Below, one piece after another: positions 8,247 to 18,879 of a DNA stretch of 64,000 nt. The translations under genes and the position numbers were made by a program. Each line of letters begins with the position of its first letter. Position 1 is the stretch's first letter. The notes under the pieces are model-generated. The model searched no databases and was not told the DNA's origin. It saw only the letters and a program-made list of their open reading frames with translations. The DNA is from an uncultured Fibrobacterota bacterium (lineage in GTDB: Bacteria; Fibrobacterota; Chitinivibrionia; Chitinivibrionales; FEN-1185), in NCBI GenBank assembly GCA_963729895.1, contig CAVSQB010000031.1:25639-89638 (forward strand), given 5' to 3'.

Positions 8247-10535
8247 ATGAAACCGAACGTCCGCTTCTTCATCACGATCAAAGGAACCGTCCAGGGCGTC
8301 GGGTTCAGGCCCTTTGTGTACCGTTGCGCCAAACAATGGCGTATCCGCGGCGACGTGCGCAACGACAGTTCCGGCGTTACGATCAACGCATGCGGGAGCC
8401 GGGAAGATCTTGAAGCATTTCTCCGTTCAATCAAGGAATCGGCCCCGCCGCTTGCCGTTATCCGGTCGATTGACGTGCGCGAGGGGCCTGCCGGCGCCGC
8501 GCCGGCGGGATTCGTTATCGCCGAAAGCGGGAGCGGCCAGACCGCCGAAATCGACATCTCACGCGATACTGCCGTCTGCCCGGCCTGCCGTGCCGAGATG
8601 TTCGACGCAACCAACAGGCGGTATCTTCATCCCTTTATCAACTGTACCGATTGCGGCCCCCGCTACACCATCATCAAAGGTCTGCCCTACGACAGGCCGC
8701 AAACGACCATGGCCGCATTTCCAATGTGCGCTGCATGCAGGAAGGACTACGAGGATCCGGACAACCGCAGGTTTCATGCGCAGCCGACATGCTGCAATGA
8801 GTGCGGACCCCGGCTCGTGCTGACTGATTCCCGGGGCGATCTTCTCACAGACACGAACCCTGTCGCCGGTGCAAGAGAAATGCTTGCCCAAGACAAAATC
8901 CTGGCCATCAAAGGGATCGGCGGATTTCACCTCGCCTGCCGGGCCGACAGTCATCAAGCCGTTGGTCAATTGCGGCTGCGCAAACGCCGCGAGGAAAAGC
9001 CGTTTGCACTCATGGTTGCCGATACTGCGGAGGCAAAGCGGTTCGCGTTCGTTTCGCAGACGGAGCAGGCCATGCTCGAAAGTCCGGAGCGACCGATAGT
9101 TCTTTTGAAGAGACGGGACGATTGCCCCGGTATCGCTTCGGAAGTCGCGCCCGGTTTGCCGACCCTCGGCATTATGCTCCCGTACACGCCGGTCCATCAC
9201 CTGCTGTTTAAGGACGCCGGCCTCCCGGCGCTCGTCATGACAAGCGCGAACCTTGCCGACCGGCCCATCATTCACGACGACCAAACCGCGTATGGCTCGC
9301 TGGCGGGAATCGCGGACGCCTTTCTCACGCATGACCGCGCCATTTACATGCGCAACGACGATTCCGTTGTTCGCGTGATGCCGGAAAGTCCGGTTATTTT
9401 ACGGCGTTCGCGCGGGTTTGTTCCCGAGCCTGTGCCGTCGCCCGTGGACGTCACCGGCCTTGTCGCGCTCGGCGGTGTGCTCAAGAGTACGATTGCCGTT
9501 GGCAGGAAGAAGGATTGCTATCTTTCGCACTACATCGGGTCCATCGAAACCGTGGAAGACCTCGACAGTCTGGATTTTGCTCTGTCGCACCTTACGGCCG
9601 CGCTCGGCGTGCAGCCGGAGGCCTACACGTGCGATCTTCACCCGCAGTCGCTTGTCTCTTCGTATGCGGAGAACTCCGGATTGCCGGTTGTCAAGGTACA
9701 ACACCACCACGCGCACGCAGCCGCGTGCATGGCGGAAAACGGCGTCGAAGAAAGCTCCCTTGCCCTTGTGTACGACGGAACGGGCTTTGGGGAAGATGGA
9801 AGCATCTGGGGAGGCGAAATCCTGCATGCAACCTACGCCGGATATTCCCGGCTCGGCCACGCAACCTGCCTCGTTCTGCCCGGCGGCGACCAAGCCATCC
9901 GAAATCCCGGAAGAATCGCCCTTGCCGCGCTGTACAAACTCATGGGCGATCCGGCGGCAGGGGCCGTCTCGTGGATGGGCGACCAGGAAATATCCGCCGT
10001 GCTTGACATGGTGCGGTCCGGCGCACACTGCGTGCGTTCGTGCGGCATGGGCAGGCTGTTCGACGCTGCGTCGGCGCTGCTCGGCATTTGCACAAAGCGC
10101 ACCTACGAAGGCCAGCCCGCCATCATGCTCGAGGGCGCTGCCGACCCGGGCGAGACGGGCTCGTATGGATCTCCTCTGTCAATTGAGGAAGAGGGCATTC
10201 TCATCGACGGACCGGCGCTGCTCTACGACGTGCATGAGGATTTCAAGAAGGGAACGCCGGTTCCAACCATTGCCGCACGGTTCCACACTACCATTGCGCA
10301 AGCAACCGCTGCCGCGGCGCTCGTCGCCTCGCAGCAGTGCGACTGCACAACCGTGTGCCTCAGCGGCGGCGTGTTTCAGAACGCGTTCCTTGTGGAGCGC
10401 CTGATACCGCTTCTTAAACAGGCCGGATTGAAGCCGCTCATGCACAGGCGCACGCCGCCCAATGATGAATGCATTTCGTACGGGCAGTTGGTGGTAGCGG
10501 GGGCGAGGAGGCTTTCCAAACGAGCGATCCCGTGA
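8247..10535 (+). CDS. hypF: Carbamoyltransferase HypF
   Basis: Acylphosphatase GTVQGVGFRPFVY, zinc fingers (CPAC, CTDCGPRY, RRFHAQP), KGIGGFHLAC, QHHHAH, DGTGFG, LSGGVFQN; start set at ATG 8247. Confidence 0.96.
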   Translation: MKPNVRFFITIKGTVQGVGFRPFVYRCAKQWRIRGDVRNDSSGVTINACGSREDLEAFLRSIKESAPPLAVIRSIDVREGPAGAAPAGFVIAESGSGQTAEIDISRDTAVCPACRAEMFDATNRRYLHPFINCTDCGPRYTIIKGLPYDRPQTTMAAFPMCAACRKDYEDPDNRRFHAQPTCCNECGPRLVLTDSRGDLLTDTNPVAGAREMLAQDKILAIKGIGGFHLACRADSHQAVGQLRLRKRREEKPFALMVADTAEAKRFAFVSQTEQAMLESPERPIVLLKRRDDCPGIASEVAPGLPTLGIMLPYTPVHHLLFKDAGLPALVMTSANLADRPIIHDDQTAYGSLAGIADAFLTHDRAIYMRNDDSVVRVMPESPVILRRSRGFVPEPVPSPVDVTGLVALGGVLKSTIAVGRKKDCYLSHYIGSIETVEDLDSLDFALSHLTAALGVQPEAYTCDLHPQSLVSSYAENSGLPVVKVQHHHAHAAACMAENGVEESSLALVYDGTGFGEDGSIWGGEILHATYAGYSRLGHATCLVLPGGDQAIRNPGRIALAALYKLMGDPAAGAVSWMGDQEISAVLDMVRSGAHCVRSCGMGRLFDAASALLGICTKRTYEGQPAIMLEGAADPGETGSYGSPLSIEEEGILIDGPALLYDVHEDFKKGTPVPTIAARFHTTIAQATAAAALVASQQCDCTTVCLSGGVFQNAFLVERLIPLLKQAGLKPLMHRRTPPNDECISYGQLVVAGARRLSKRAIP

Positions 10536-10931
10536 TATCCACCGCCGACATGATCCGGATTTTGTGGTATGTCACCTAATTTTAGGAACGTATGAAAACG
10601 GGAAAGCATATAGCGACCATTCACCACTTATGATTAATTTTGGGTTATGACAAAATGTACCGTGTTGATATTCACCCGACAGAACCCAATACCCCAGGCT
10701 GAATCGATTGTACGGCTTTACCTCTCAACTGCCGCTCCAAGGGGTGCGCACGGCAATGGCTAAAGAAGATCTAGATGCTTCTGGATAGCTATGCCGGGTG
10801 ACCCCCGAGTGAGTTTGTTTGCGAGGATCCAAACTTCTGCTGGGGGGCACTCACGAAGTATCGCTGTGCATATGAAGTTACTTGGTGAGGTTTTGATTAC
10901 TTTCGAGAATTTCATAACCGGGTGTTTCTAG

Positions 10932-12243
10932 CAGGTTGTTGAAATAGTCCTAACAGAAGCGCTCTTGTTGATTTTTTATGAACCTAACTTCAACTTTACA
11001 TATGTCAGAGAGGTTTTACCTGCCTCGTTCCGAGGCATTTCCCCGGATTCCCAGGCCATTCTCATGCTGCCCCCACCGTTTGCGGCATCAACTTAACCAT
11101 GCGTATCAAGTTGTACGCTGCGGCAACCACGTAGGCAACAGTCTGGTTGATTCGTATTCCTCTTACCCGAGTTTTCCGCAGGCCACCGACGCTCTTGATC
11201 CACCCAAATATCTCTTCAACCCGTTTTCGTTTCCGTTGACTTACGCTGTATCCCTTATGCCGAGTCGTTCTTCCATCCAACCCTTTAAGCGAAGTGTTGG
11301 CCTTCTCGGCAATGTGAGGCTTCACGTGCAGGCGTCGCAGGCTCTTGATAAATTCGGTTGCATGATACCCTTTGTCTGCACCCACCGTCTTCATCCGGCG
11401 TTTTCCGCGCCTGCGTTCATGCTTTATCAGCTCAAGCGCCATATCCCGTTCCGCTGTCCCCGTCGCTGGCGCAATGGCGATATCAACACACAACCCATTT
11501 CGGTTTTCCATCAGCACGTGACCGGAATACGCCAGCTGCGCTCCCGTTCTCTTGTTCTTCCGAGCCAACAGCGCCTCTGGATCGGTCGAACTCTGATGTG
11601 TCTCATTGCTTCGCTTCTCATGGTGGAAATCAACCGACGGATTACTCCGATCATCGTCAGTCTTGTTCGCCGATTCCGCGTCTTTTCGCTTGAAGCTCTT
11701 CATCGATGCCCAGGCTTCAATCAACGTGCCGTCAACCGTGAAATGCTCATCGGACAACAACTCTTCGGAACGAGCAAGACGCACGATTTCCTGCATCAGC
11801 CGGTGCGCAATCTCCTGTTCCATAAGTCGATCTCGGTTCTTCGAAAACACACTATGATCAAACGATGCCGCATCCAGATCCATGTCAAGAAACCATCGGA
11901 ACAGAATGTTATAGTCCAGCATCTCGCAAAACAACCGGTCCGACCGTATCGAAAACAAAGCCATCAATATCTGTGCTTTCAAAAGCCATTCCGGCGGTAT
12001 CGAAGGGCGTCCCATCCGGCTGTACATCGCCTCAAAGTCACGAGAAAGGCGGCGCAGCGCTATGTCCGTAAACTGTTTGACACGACGAAGCGGGTGCGTT
12101 GCCGGCACTCGGGAATCCGGAGAAACGAAGCTGAACATACCGCCTTGGGCTGGCTGGGAACCTCTCATCAATACTCCTTGGTTGGGGTTCCCCTATAATA
12201 TAAGGATAAATGTTTACAAAAGGGAGACTTTTTCAACACCCTG
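10932..12243 (-). mobile_element. IS5-family insertion sequence, copy 1 (1312 bp)
   Basis: Terminal IRs CAGGTTGTTGAAA / TTTCAACACCCTG; 4-bp TSD CTAG at 10928-10931 and 12244-12247. Confidence 0.95.
11062..12168 (-). CDS. IS5-family DDE transposase
   Basis: GRPSIPPE, LFRWFL, VDGTLIEAWAS, STDPEA, GADKGY, RKRVEEIFGWIK. Confidence 0.95.
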   Translation of the reverse strand: MRGSQPAQGGMFSFVSPDSRVPATHPLRRVKQFTDIALRRLSRDFEAMYSRMGRPSIPPEWLLKAQILMALFSIRSDRLFCEMLDYNILFRWFLDMDLDAASFDHSVFSKNRDRLMEQEIAHRLMQEIVRLARSEELLSDEHFTVDGTLIEAWASMKSFKRKDAESANKTDDDRSNPSVDFHHEKRSNETHQSSTDPEALLARKNKRTGAQLAYSGHVLMENRNGLCVDIAIAPATGTAERDMALELIKHERRRGKRRMKTVGADKGYHATEFIKSLRRLHVKPHIAEKANTSLKGLDGRTTRHKGYSVSQRKRKRVEEIFGWIKSVGGLRKTRVRGIRINQTVAYVVAAAYNLIRMVKLMPQTVGAA

Positions 12244-12485
12244 CTAGTGTGCGCGCAGCAGGCGTTTCGGCCCCGCCGCTGAAGGTCCCTCGCCGCACAT
12301 GCTCAGCAAACCAAAATTAGATCTGATTCTGACCGCATTGTGAAAAACCGTATTCCTCCTTTGCACCATGTCACTCCTTCCCCCCAAATCTTCTCCAACG
12401 CCCATCCGTAATGAAGTATTTTTTCCCCTGTTACAACGCCAATCCCCGCACTCCGGGCAACGGTCAAAACCAGGGACCTTTTTCC

Positions 12486-12722
12486 ATGTGCCTCGCGGTT
12501 CCCGCAAAAGTGATCTCCATCGAGGGTTCCATCGCCACGGTCGACATGATGGGCAACACCACCTCTGCCGACGTTTCGTTGCTCGAAAACGTCACCGTCG
12601 GTGACTACGTCCTGGTTCACGTCGGCTTTGCCATCCAGAAATACGATGAGGCGGAGGCGAAGATAACGCTCGACTTGCTTCAGGAACTCGCCCAAACGGT
12701 GGAGCCCCATGAGCCTGGTTGA
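12486..12722 (+). CDS. hypC: Hydrogenase assembly chaperone HypC/HupF
   Basis: MCLAVPAKV start, GDYVLVHVGFAI. Confidence 0.96.
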   Translation: MCLAVPAKVISIEGSIATVDMMGNTTSADVSLLENVTVGDYVLVHVGFAIQKYDEAEAKITLDLLQELAQTVEPHEPG

Positions 12723-13797
12723 CTTTTCCGACCCATCCACCGCCGGGCTGCTGCTCGAAAGAATTGCGGCCGCCGCGCATTCGCTCGGGAGCGTTCGCAT
12801 CATGGAAGTGTGCGGCACGCACACCATGGAAATCGGCAGGCTGGGGCTGCGCTCACTTCTTCCCAAGAATGTTGAACTTGTTTCCGGGCCCGGTTGCCCG
12901 GTGTGCGTGACGAGCGGCGCCTACCTGGACGCGGCCGCCGCCATCGCGCTGTCGAGGAATTTCCGCATTGTCACCTACGGCGACTTGGTCCGCGTCCCCG
13001 GCCTGCGCACGTCGCTTGACGAAGCGAAATCCAACGGGGCGGCAATCGACGTGGTGACCTCGGCGTTGCAGGCCGTGGAGATCGCGCGGCGGAAACCCAA
13101 CGAGCAGGTGATTTTTCTCGCGGTCGGATTCGAAACCACCGCGCCCGCGTCGGCAAAGGCCGTCTCCATTGCACAACAGGAAGGCATCCCCAATCTCTCG
13201 TTTTTCGTGTCGCACAAAACGGTGCCGCCCGCGCTGTCCGTACTGGTTGCGGACAAGGAACTTGGAATTTCCGGATTTCTCCTTCCCGGCCATGTGAGCG
13301 CCATCATAGGGGAGAAACCCTATGTGCCCCTTGCGCAGCAGGGATTGCCCGCCGTCATAACGGGGTTTGAGCCGCTCGACATTCTGAGCGGCATCACCAT
13401 GGTGTGCGACATGCTCGTGCACAAACGGGCCTCGGTGCTCAACGGGTATCAGCGTGTTGTCAAACGCGAAGGGAATCCGCGCGCCGTCGAAATGGTGTAC
13501 CGCGTGTTTGACGTTGCCGACGCGGTGTGGCGCGGGATCGGCCTGATACCCGGAAGCGGGCTCGCGCTCAAGCCGGAATTCCGGGAGTATGATGCGTCAA
13601 TCAGATTCGGCATCCCTCCGGACGGCGGCGCGGCCGATATGCCCGAAGCGTGTTCGTGCGGAGACGTGCTCAGGGGCCGCCTCAGGCCCGATGCGTGCCC
13701 TCTTTTCGGGACATCCTGCACGCCCGAGCGTCCGGTCGGCCCGTGCATGGTTTCGAGCGAAGGATCGTGCGCGGCCTATTTCAAGTACGGAGCATAG
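12709..13797 (+). CDS. hypD: Hydrogenase formation protein HypD
   Basis: MEVCGTHT, GPGCPVCV, GFETT, PGHVS, GPCMVSSEGSC. Confidence 0.97.
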   Translation: MSLVDFSDPSTAGLLLERIAAAAHSLGSVRIMEVCGTHTMEIGRLGLRSLLPKNVELVSGPGCPVCVTSGAYLDAAAAIALSRNFRIVTYGDLVRVPGLRTSLDEAKSNGAAIDVVTSALQAVEIARRKPNEQVIFLAVGFETTAPASAKAVSIAQQEGIPNLSFFVSHKTVPPALSVLVADKELGISGFLLPGHVSAIIGEKPYVPLAQQGLPAVITGFEPLDILSGITMVCDMLVHKRASVLNGYQRVVKREGNPRAVEMVYRVFDVADAVWRGIGLIPGSGLALKPEFREYDASIRFGIPPDGGAADMPEACSCGDVLRGRLRPDACPLFGTSCTPERPVGPCMVSSEGSCAAYFKYGA

Positions 13798-13800
13798 CAG

Positions 13801-14808
13801 ATGACCAGCGCAACGGTTCGCATGTCGCACGGATCCGGCAAGGGCAACAAGGAGTTGCTGGAGACCGTGGTGTTTCCGGCGCTTATTCCCGGCAGGGTGG
13901 GAACGCTGGAAGACGCGTTCATCTTTGATATTCCGGGCCGCCGTTTTGCCTTTACCACCGATTCTTTCGTCGTGTCGCCCCTCGAATTTCCGGGAGGCGA
14001 TATCGGCAAGCTTGCGGCCTGCGGCACCATAAACGATCTTGCCATGATGGCGGCAAAGTCCATTTTGCTCTCCGTCGCGCTCATCCTCGAGGAAGGCCTC
14101 GACCTGCAGCTTTTGGCCAAGATGCTTCGGTCCCTGTCTTCGGTCTGTTCGTCGCAGGGCGTGCGAATCGCGTGCGGCGACACCAAGGTTGTTGACAAAG
14201 GAAAAGCCGACGGCATGTTTATCACCGCGTCGGGCATCGGCATCGTCAAAGTCGGCATTTCTCTGTCCGCCGCGAATGCAAAGCCCGGCGACGCGGTTCT
14301 CGTGAGCGGCGGCATCGGCCTTCACGGCATCACCGTGCTTTCCCAGCGTGCAAACCTACACTTCGCCTCGGCTGCGGTTTCCGATTGCGCGCCGTTGTTC
14401 GGTATATCCGATGCGCTTTTGTCGGCCGCTCCGTTCACGCGGACCATGCGCGACGCGACGCGCGGCGGTTTAGCGGCCGTGCTGTGCGAAATAGCCGAAT
14501 CATCAAAGGTGTGCATCGTGGTCCGCGAAGACGCGGTGCCGGTGCCGGATGTTGTGCGCGGCGCGTGCGCGTTTCTCGGCATGGACCCTTTCCATATCGC
14601 TAATGAAGGACGGTTCGCGGCCATCGTTCCTCCGGAGCAGGCCGAGAGCGCGCTTGCCGCGCTTCGCGCCCATCCGCAGGGCAGGGACGCGGCGATCATC
14701 GGGACCGTTGCCCCACCGGGCAAATTCCCGGTCCTTCTCAAGACGTCCATCGGCGGCACCCGGCCGCTCGAGATGCCGCCGGGCGACATCCTGCCCAGGA
14801 TCTGTTAG
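13801..14808 (+). CDS. hypE: Hydrogenase expression/formation protein HypE
   Basis: HGSG, TTDSFVV, PGGDIGKLA, GDTKVV, RDATRGG, C-terminal PRIC. Confidence 0.97.
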   Translation: MTSATVRMSHGSGKGNKELLETVVFPALIPGRVGTLEDAFIFDIPGRRFAFTTDSFVVSPLEFPGGDIGKLAACGTINDLAMMAAKSILLSVALILEEGLDLQLLAKMLRSLSSVCSSQGVRIACGDTKVVDKGKADGMFITASGIGIVKVGISLSAANAKPGDAVLVSGGIGLHGITVLSQRANLHFASAAVSDCAPLFGISDALLSAAPFTRTMRDATRGGLAAVLCEIAESSKVCIVVREDAVPVPDVVRGACAFLGMDPFHIANEGRFAAIVPPEQAESALAALRAHPQGRDAAIIGTVAPPGKFPVLLKTSIGGTRPLEMPPGDILPRIC

Positions 14809-14833
14809 CGCAGTGCCAAAGGAGAACCGCCCC

Positions 14834-16231
14834 GTGCTGCCCATCGTCTCCATTGTCGGACGGCCCAACGTCGGGAAATCGTGCCTGTTCAACCGTATTC
14901 TTGGAAAGAAAGTTGCGGTCGTCGACGATTTGCCCGGCGTCACGCGCGACAGGAACTATCGCACGTCGGTGTGGAATGGGTGCGCGTTCTCCCTGGTGGA
15001 CACAGGCGGCCTCATTCCGTCGTCGCCCGACGCCATGGCGCAGGACATCGCGAAGCAGGTGGCGGTCGCGTGCGAAGAATCGGCCGTGATCCTGTTTGTA
15101 GTCGACGCGAAGAACGGGGTCACCGGTTTTGACGTGAGCGTGGCCCGTACCCTCCGCAAGCAAGGCAAGGAGAACGTTCTTCTCGTCCTGAACAAGTCGG
15201 AATCAAAGTCCGCTCAAAACGATCTCGGCATGTTCATGGCCCTCGGCCTGGGCGAAGGCCATCCCGTAAGCGCCCTGCACGGCTACGGCGTGGGAGACCT
15301 GCTCGACGCATCGGTCGCCATGCTCAAGCGCGCGGGAAAGAAAGAGCCCACATCGTCGGCGCATGTTGACGATCGCGACATTCTCAAGATCGCCGTGGTG
15401 GGCAGGCCCAACGCCGGAAAATCGTCCCTGGTGAACAAGCTGCTCGGCCACAACCGCATGATCGTCCGCCCCGACCCGGGCACCACACGCGACTCCATAG
15501 ATTCACGTATGGCCTACAAGGACCGCGACATCATGCTCATCGACACGGCGGGCCTGCGGAAAAAAGCAAATGTCAAAGAGGACATCGAGTACTACTGTAA
15601 CCTGCGCGCCATAGACGCCATTGTCCGCTCTGACGTTGCCGTGCTCGTGGTAGATGCCGCGCTTGGAATACACGAGCAGGACCTTCGCATTGTGCGGAAA
15701 GTGGTTGATTCGCACGGGGGAATCCTCGTGTGCTGGAACAAATGGGACATTGTTGCCAAGACGCACACGACATTCGACAGGCTGGTTGCACAAACAAGAA
15801 GAGCCTACATGGAACTTGCGCACGCGCCCATGGTGTCCGCGTCGGCCATGACCGGCCAGCGCGTGACCGCGGTCCTCGACCGCACCGTCGAAATTCACCG
15901 GCGGATGCGCACGCGCGTGGACCCCGAGCGGCTCGCGGAACTCATCGCAGAATGGACCGCTGCGCATCCCCACCCCATCAGCGAAAACAGGCAGGTGTCA
16001 ATCACGGGCTGCGTGCAGGCCGATGCGCCGTTTCCTTTGTTTCACGTGGTATCCACAAATCCGCGCAGCGCGGTTTCCAGCTACAAACGGTTCATCGCAA
16101 ACAAGCTCTATACCGCGTTCGACTTCGAGGGATGCCCCCTTGTGGTGGACTTTGTTCCCGTTCGCAGGAGGCACCATGGGGAGACGGAAGACTGCGCAGC
16201 ATCGTCGTTGAAAGGAGAGGCCGTCCAGTGA
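14834..16231 (+). CDS. der: Ribosome biogenesis GTPase Der (EngA)
   Basis: Two GTPase domains (GRPNVGKS..GVTRD..DTGG; GRPNAGKSS..GTTRD..DTAG..NKWD); GTG start after AAAGGAG (GTG 14813 is an alternative). Confidence 0.95.
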   Translation: MLPIVSIVGRPNVGKSCLFNRILGKKVAVVDDLPGVTRDRNYRTSVWNGCAFSLVDTGGLIPSSPDAMAQDIAKQVAVACEESAVILFVVDAKNGVTGFDVSVARTLRKQGKENVLLVLNKSESKSAQNDLGMFMALGLGEGHPVSALHGYGVGDLLDASVAMLKRAGKKEPTSSAHVDDRDILKIAVVGRPNAGKSSLVNKLLGHNRMIVRPDPGTTRDSIDSRMAYKDRDIMLIDTAGLRKKANVKEDIEYYCNLRAIDAIVRSDVAVLVVDAALGIHEQDLRIVRKVVDSHGGILVCWNKWDIVAKTHTTFDRLVAQTRRAYMELAHAPMVSASAMTGQRVTAVLDRTVEIHRRMRTRVDPERLAELIAEWTAAHPHPISENRQVSITGCVQADAPFPLFHVVSTNPRSAVSSYKRFIANKLYTAFDFEGCPLVVDFVPVRRRHHGETEDCAASSLKGEAVQ

Positions 16232-17244
16232 ACATCACTATTCTCGGCGGCGGAAGCTGGGCCATTGCTCTTGCCGTGATGCTGAGGGGAAAGAACCACG
16301 GCATCAGGATGTGGGAATACAACAAGAAAGACGCCGAGATGCTCAGGGCGAGGCGCGAGCACCCGCAGAAGCTGCCCGGCATCAAGCTGCCGCAGGACGT
16401 TCTTATTACAAGCGATATCCGCGACGCCATGGACGCATCGGAGTATGTGCTCTGCGTTGTGCCGTCGCAAACGATGAGGGCTACGTGCAAGACCCTTGCG
16501 GCGGCGCTCGATAGACAATCCATTGATAAAGTACAAGGATGGGTGGTGGCGGCAAAGGGAATCGAATGCGGGACGCTTAAGCTCATGACCGAGGTACTTG
16601 CCGACGAAATCCCGGGACTGACGCCTGCCAAGCTGGTGGTGCTGTCCGGACCGTCGCTCGCCGCCGAGGTCTCCCGCGGCATCCCGACAACGGTGGTAGC
16701 CGCTTCAAAGAATCTCGAACTTGCCACGAGGATCCAGAAGGAATTCTCGACCGACACGTTCCGCATCTACACGAACACCGACGTGATCGGCGTGGAGCTC
16801 GCCGCAAGCGTCAAGAACGTCATCGCCCTTGCGGCCGGCATCTGCGACGGGCTCGGCCTGGGCGACAATACCAAGGGCGCGCTGCTGACGCGCGGCATGG
16901 CCGAGATCGTTCGGCTCGGCGCAAAAATGGGCGCAAAAGAACAGACGTTTTTCGGCCTCACGGGCATCGGCGACCTGATCACCACCTGCATAAGCCGTCA
17001 TTCGCGCAACCGCAACATGGGGGAACTCATCGCGTCCGGCCTGTCACTCTCGGAAGCGCTCGCCAGGACCGTAATGGTTGCCGAAGGGGTCGAGACGGCA
17101 AAATCAACCTATGCTCTCGCCAAACGCCACAACATTGAAATGCCCATCACCACCCAGGTGTACAAAACGCTTTTCGAGGGAAAACCCGTCAAGGAAGCGG
17201 TGAGAGATTTGATGCTGCGGGAGTCGAAACCAGAGCGGTGGTAA
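16228..17244 (+). CDS. gpsA: NAD(P)H-dependent glycerol-3-phosphate dehydrogenase
   Basis: LGGGSWA, KGIE, LSGPS, KNVIALAAG, GIGDLITTC..SRNR, VAEG; GTG start overlaps the der stop. Confidence 0.95.
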   Translation: MNITILGGGSWAIALAVMLRGKNHGIRMWEYNKKDAEMLRARREHPQKLPGIKLPQDVLITSDIRDAMDASEYVLCVVPSQTMRATCKTLAAALDRQSIDKVQGWVVAAKGIECGTLKLMTEVLADEIPGLTPAKLVVLSGPSLAAEVSRGIPTTVVAASKNLELATRIQKEFSTDTFRIYTNTDVIGVELAASVKNVIALAAGICDGLGLGDNTKGALLTRGMAEIVRLGAKMGAKEQTFFGLTGIGDLITTCISRHSRNRNMGELIASGLSLSEALARTVMVAEGVETAKSTYALAKRHNIEMPITTQVYKTLFEGKPVKEAVRDLMLRESKPERW

Positions 17245-17356
17245 CATAAAAAACGTGCACCGCCCCCTGTTATATAGTATAATTGTTTGTTGTTAACACC
17301 AAACGTCATCCAAACGTTCTAACTGGCCTTTTTGTAATCTATTACCCGGTGCTGTA

Positions 17357-17740
17357 ATGCTTGACAATAAGAAAACCTACTATTCGATAAGCGAGGTTTG
17401 CACCAAGACCGCGCTCGAACCCCACGTACTGCGGTATTGGGAAAGCGAATTCGCGCAGCTGCGGCCCAAAAAGAACCGCGCAGGCAACAGGGCATACCGC
17501 GACAAGGACATCGAGATAATCAAGTACATCAAATACCTGCTTTACGAAGAGCAATATACCATTCCGGGCGCAAAAAAGAAACTCGCTGAGACAAAGGAAT
17601 TCGACATCCCTGCCCAAATGCAGCTCCCGCTTGCGGCGGCAGCCGCTCCTCCTGCCCGGGAAACCCCTGCTTCAAACGGGCACCTCATTCGAGAGGTCTC
17701 CTCCGAATTGCGATCGGTTCTCCAGATTCTGAAACGGTAA
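17357..17740 (+). CDS. MerR-family HTH transcriptional regulator
   Basis: YYSISEV..EPHVLRYWESEF..LRPKKNRAGNRAY..LLYEEQYTI. Confidence 0.9.
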   Translation: MLDNKKTYYSISEVCTKTALEPHVLRYWESEFAQLRPKKNRAGNRAYRDKDIEIIKYIKYLLYEEQYTIPGAKKKLAETKEFDIPAQMQLPLAAAAAPPARETPASNGHLIREVSSELRSVLQILKR

Positions 17741-17850
17741 TCGGAAGTATTCGATCGGGTGCGGATTCGGATGATCTCGTGGCTCCACAGTGACCTGATA
17801 CCAGGGCCCGAGGGTGGCAAGTCAAGCCCCGGCAGATATTCCCTTTCCGG

Positions 17851-18831
17851 TCATGCTCCCTGTTTCCGTTTTCGTTTTCCCTGAAACAGCATCGGCCCCA
17901 GCGCCTCCATCACTGAGAACAGCGACGTATAGGAACCTATCGAATAATACTGGTACCAGCCGCAGTTCCGTTTGCACTGTCTCATGGAAGCGCGGAAGGC
18001 CCTCGCCTCGGCGGTGGAAAGCCATGTCGTGAGGTCGACGGCGGAGAGATCCGGCCCCTTTGTCCCGAGGATGTGGCAGGGATAATACAGCCGCCCGTCC
18101 GGCGCGACAATCACCGACGCCGGCGAGCACCTGGCCCCGCGGAACGCCTCAAAATATCCCTGCGGGGTATGAATTGTCAACGGATACTTCCTCCTGAGGC
18201 CGGCAAGCGTTGTTTCGAGAATTGAAATATCGGGAAAGAAGTCGTCGGTGTCGTCCATGTGGGTTGCGGGAATAATCACGATGTTTGCCCCGGCCTCACG
18301 GCATTTCTTCACCTTTTCCTCGAGGGCGCCGGCGGTCTTTGACGTCACCACCACCTGCACCGACACCTGGCTTTCCAGGCGCCGCACAAGTTCCGGCAGC
18401 GCGCCGTACAACTCCAGGTTATTATGGCCTTCGTCAATTGATATATGGAAGAAGTCGATGGACCGGCCGTACTCTTCGAGCGGATACTCAAGGATGTTCT
18501 TGACGCTCGTGGTGAACAGGAGGTAGAAGCGGCTGCGTTCTCTCGCATACCGCAGAAGCTCGCCGATGTCGTCGCGCAAAAGCGGCTCACCGCCCTCGAA
18601 GCTGGTCATGAGGACCGGCGACCGCGACAGGTTGTCGAGGATTGCCTTGACCCGGGCCGTCGAAAGATCGGGGCAGGGCGTGTTCTTCACATTACAGAAC
18701 GGGCAGCCGAAATGACAGCGCGAGGTCAGCTTGAACGAAGCGTAGAACGGGTACACCGCCTCACGGCGCGCGATGTTTACGGCAAGGCCTTTGAGAGTGG
18801 ATGCGTACCACGACGCCGGCAGAATTCGCAT
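17851..18831 (-). CDS. Radical SAM protein with C-terminal SPASM/twitch-like Cys motif
   Basis: CHFGCPFC, GGEPLLR, C..VAPDG..YPC..CKRNC. Confidence 0.88.
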   Translation of the reverse strand: MRILPASWYASTLKGLAVNIARREAVYPFYASFKLTSRCHFGCPFCNVKNTPCPDLSTARVKAILDNLSRSPVLMTSFEGGEPLLRDDIGELLRYARERSRFYLLFTTSVKNILEYPLEEYGRSIDFFHISIDEGHNNLELYGALPELVRRLESQVSVQVVVTSKTAGALEEKVKKCREAGANIVIIPATHMDDTDDFFPDISILETTLAGLRRKYPLTIHTPQGYFEAFRGARCSPASVIVAPDGRLYYPCHILGTKGPDLSAVDLTTWLSTAEARAFRASMRQCKRNCGWYQYYSIGSYTSLFSVMEALGPMLFQGKRKRKQGA

Positions 18832-18879
18832 GGGTGAAATATACCTTATGTTCCTCGCCGCAGAGCCGGCCGCGCGGCG

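Larger units (their letters stand above)
10742..12317 (+). repeat. Structured intergenic element, family A copy 1, interrupted by IS5 at CTAG
   Basis: Removing the IS and one TSD gives ...GAGAATTTCATAACCGGGTGTTTCTAGTGTGCGCGCAGCAGGCGTTTCGG...GCCGCACATGCTCAGCAAACCAAAAT, collinear with the reverse complement of 37861-38199. Confidence 0.85.

Noticed and set aside
10978..12198. 406-aa ORF antisense to the IS5 transposase (also 42624-43844)
   Set aside because: Shadow ORF with no recognisable motifs; duplicated only because the IS is duplicated.
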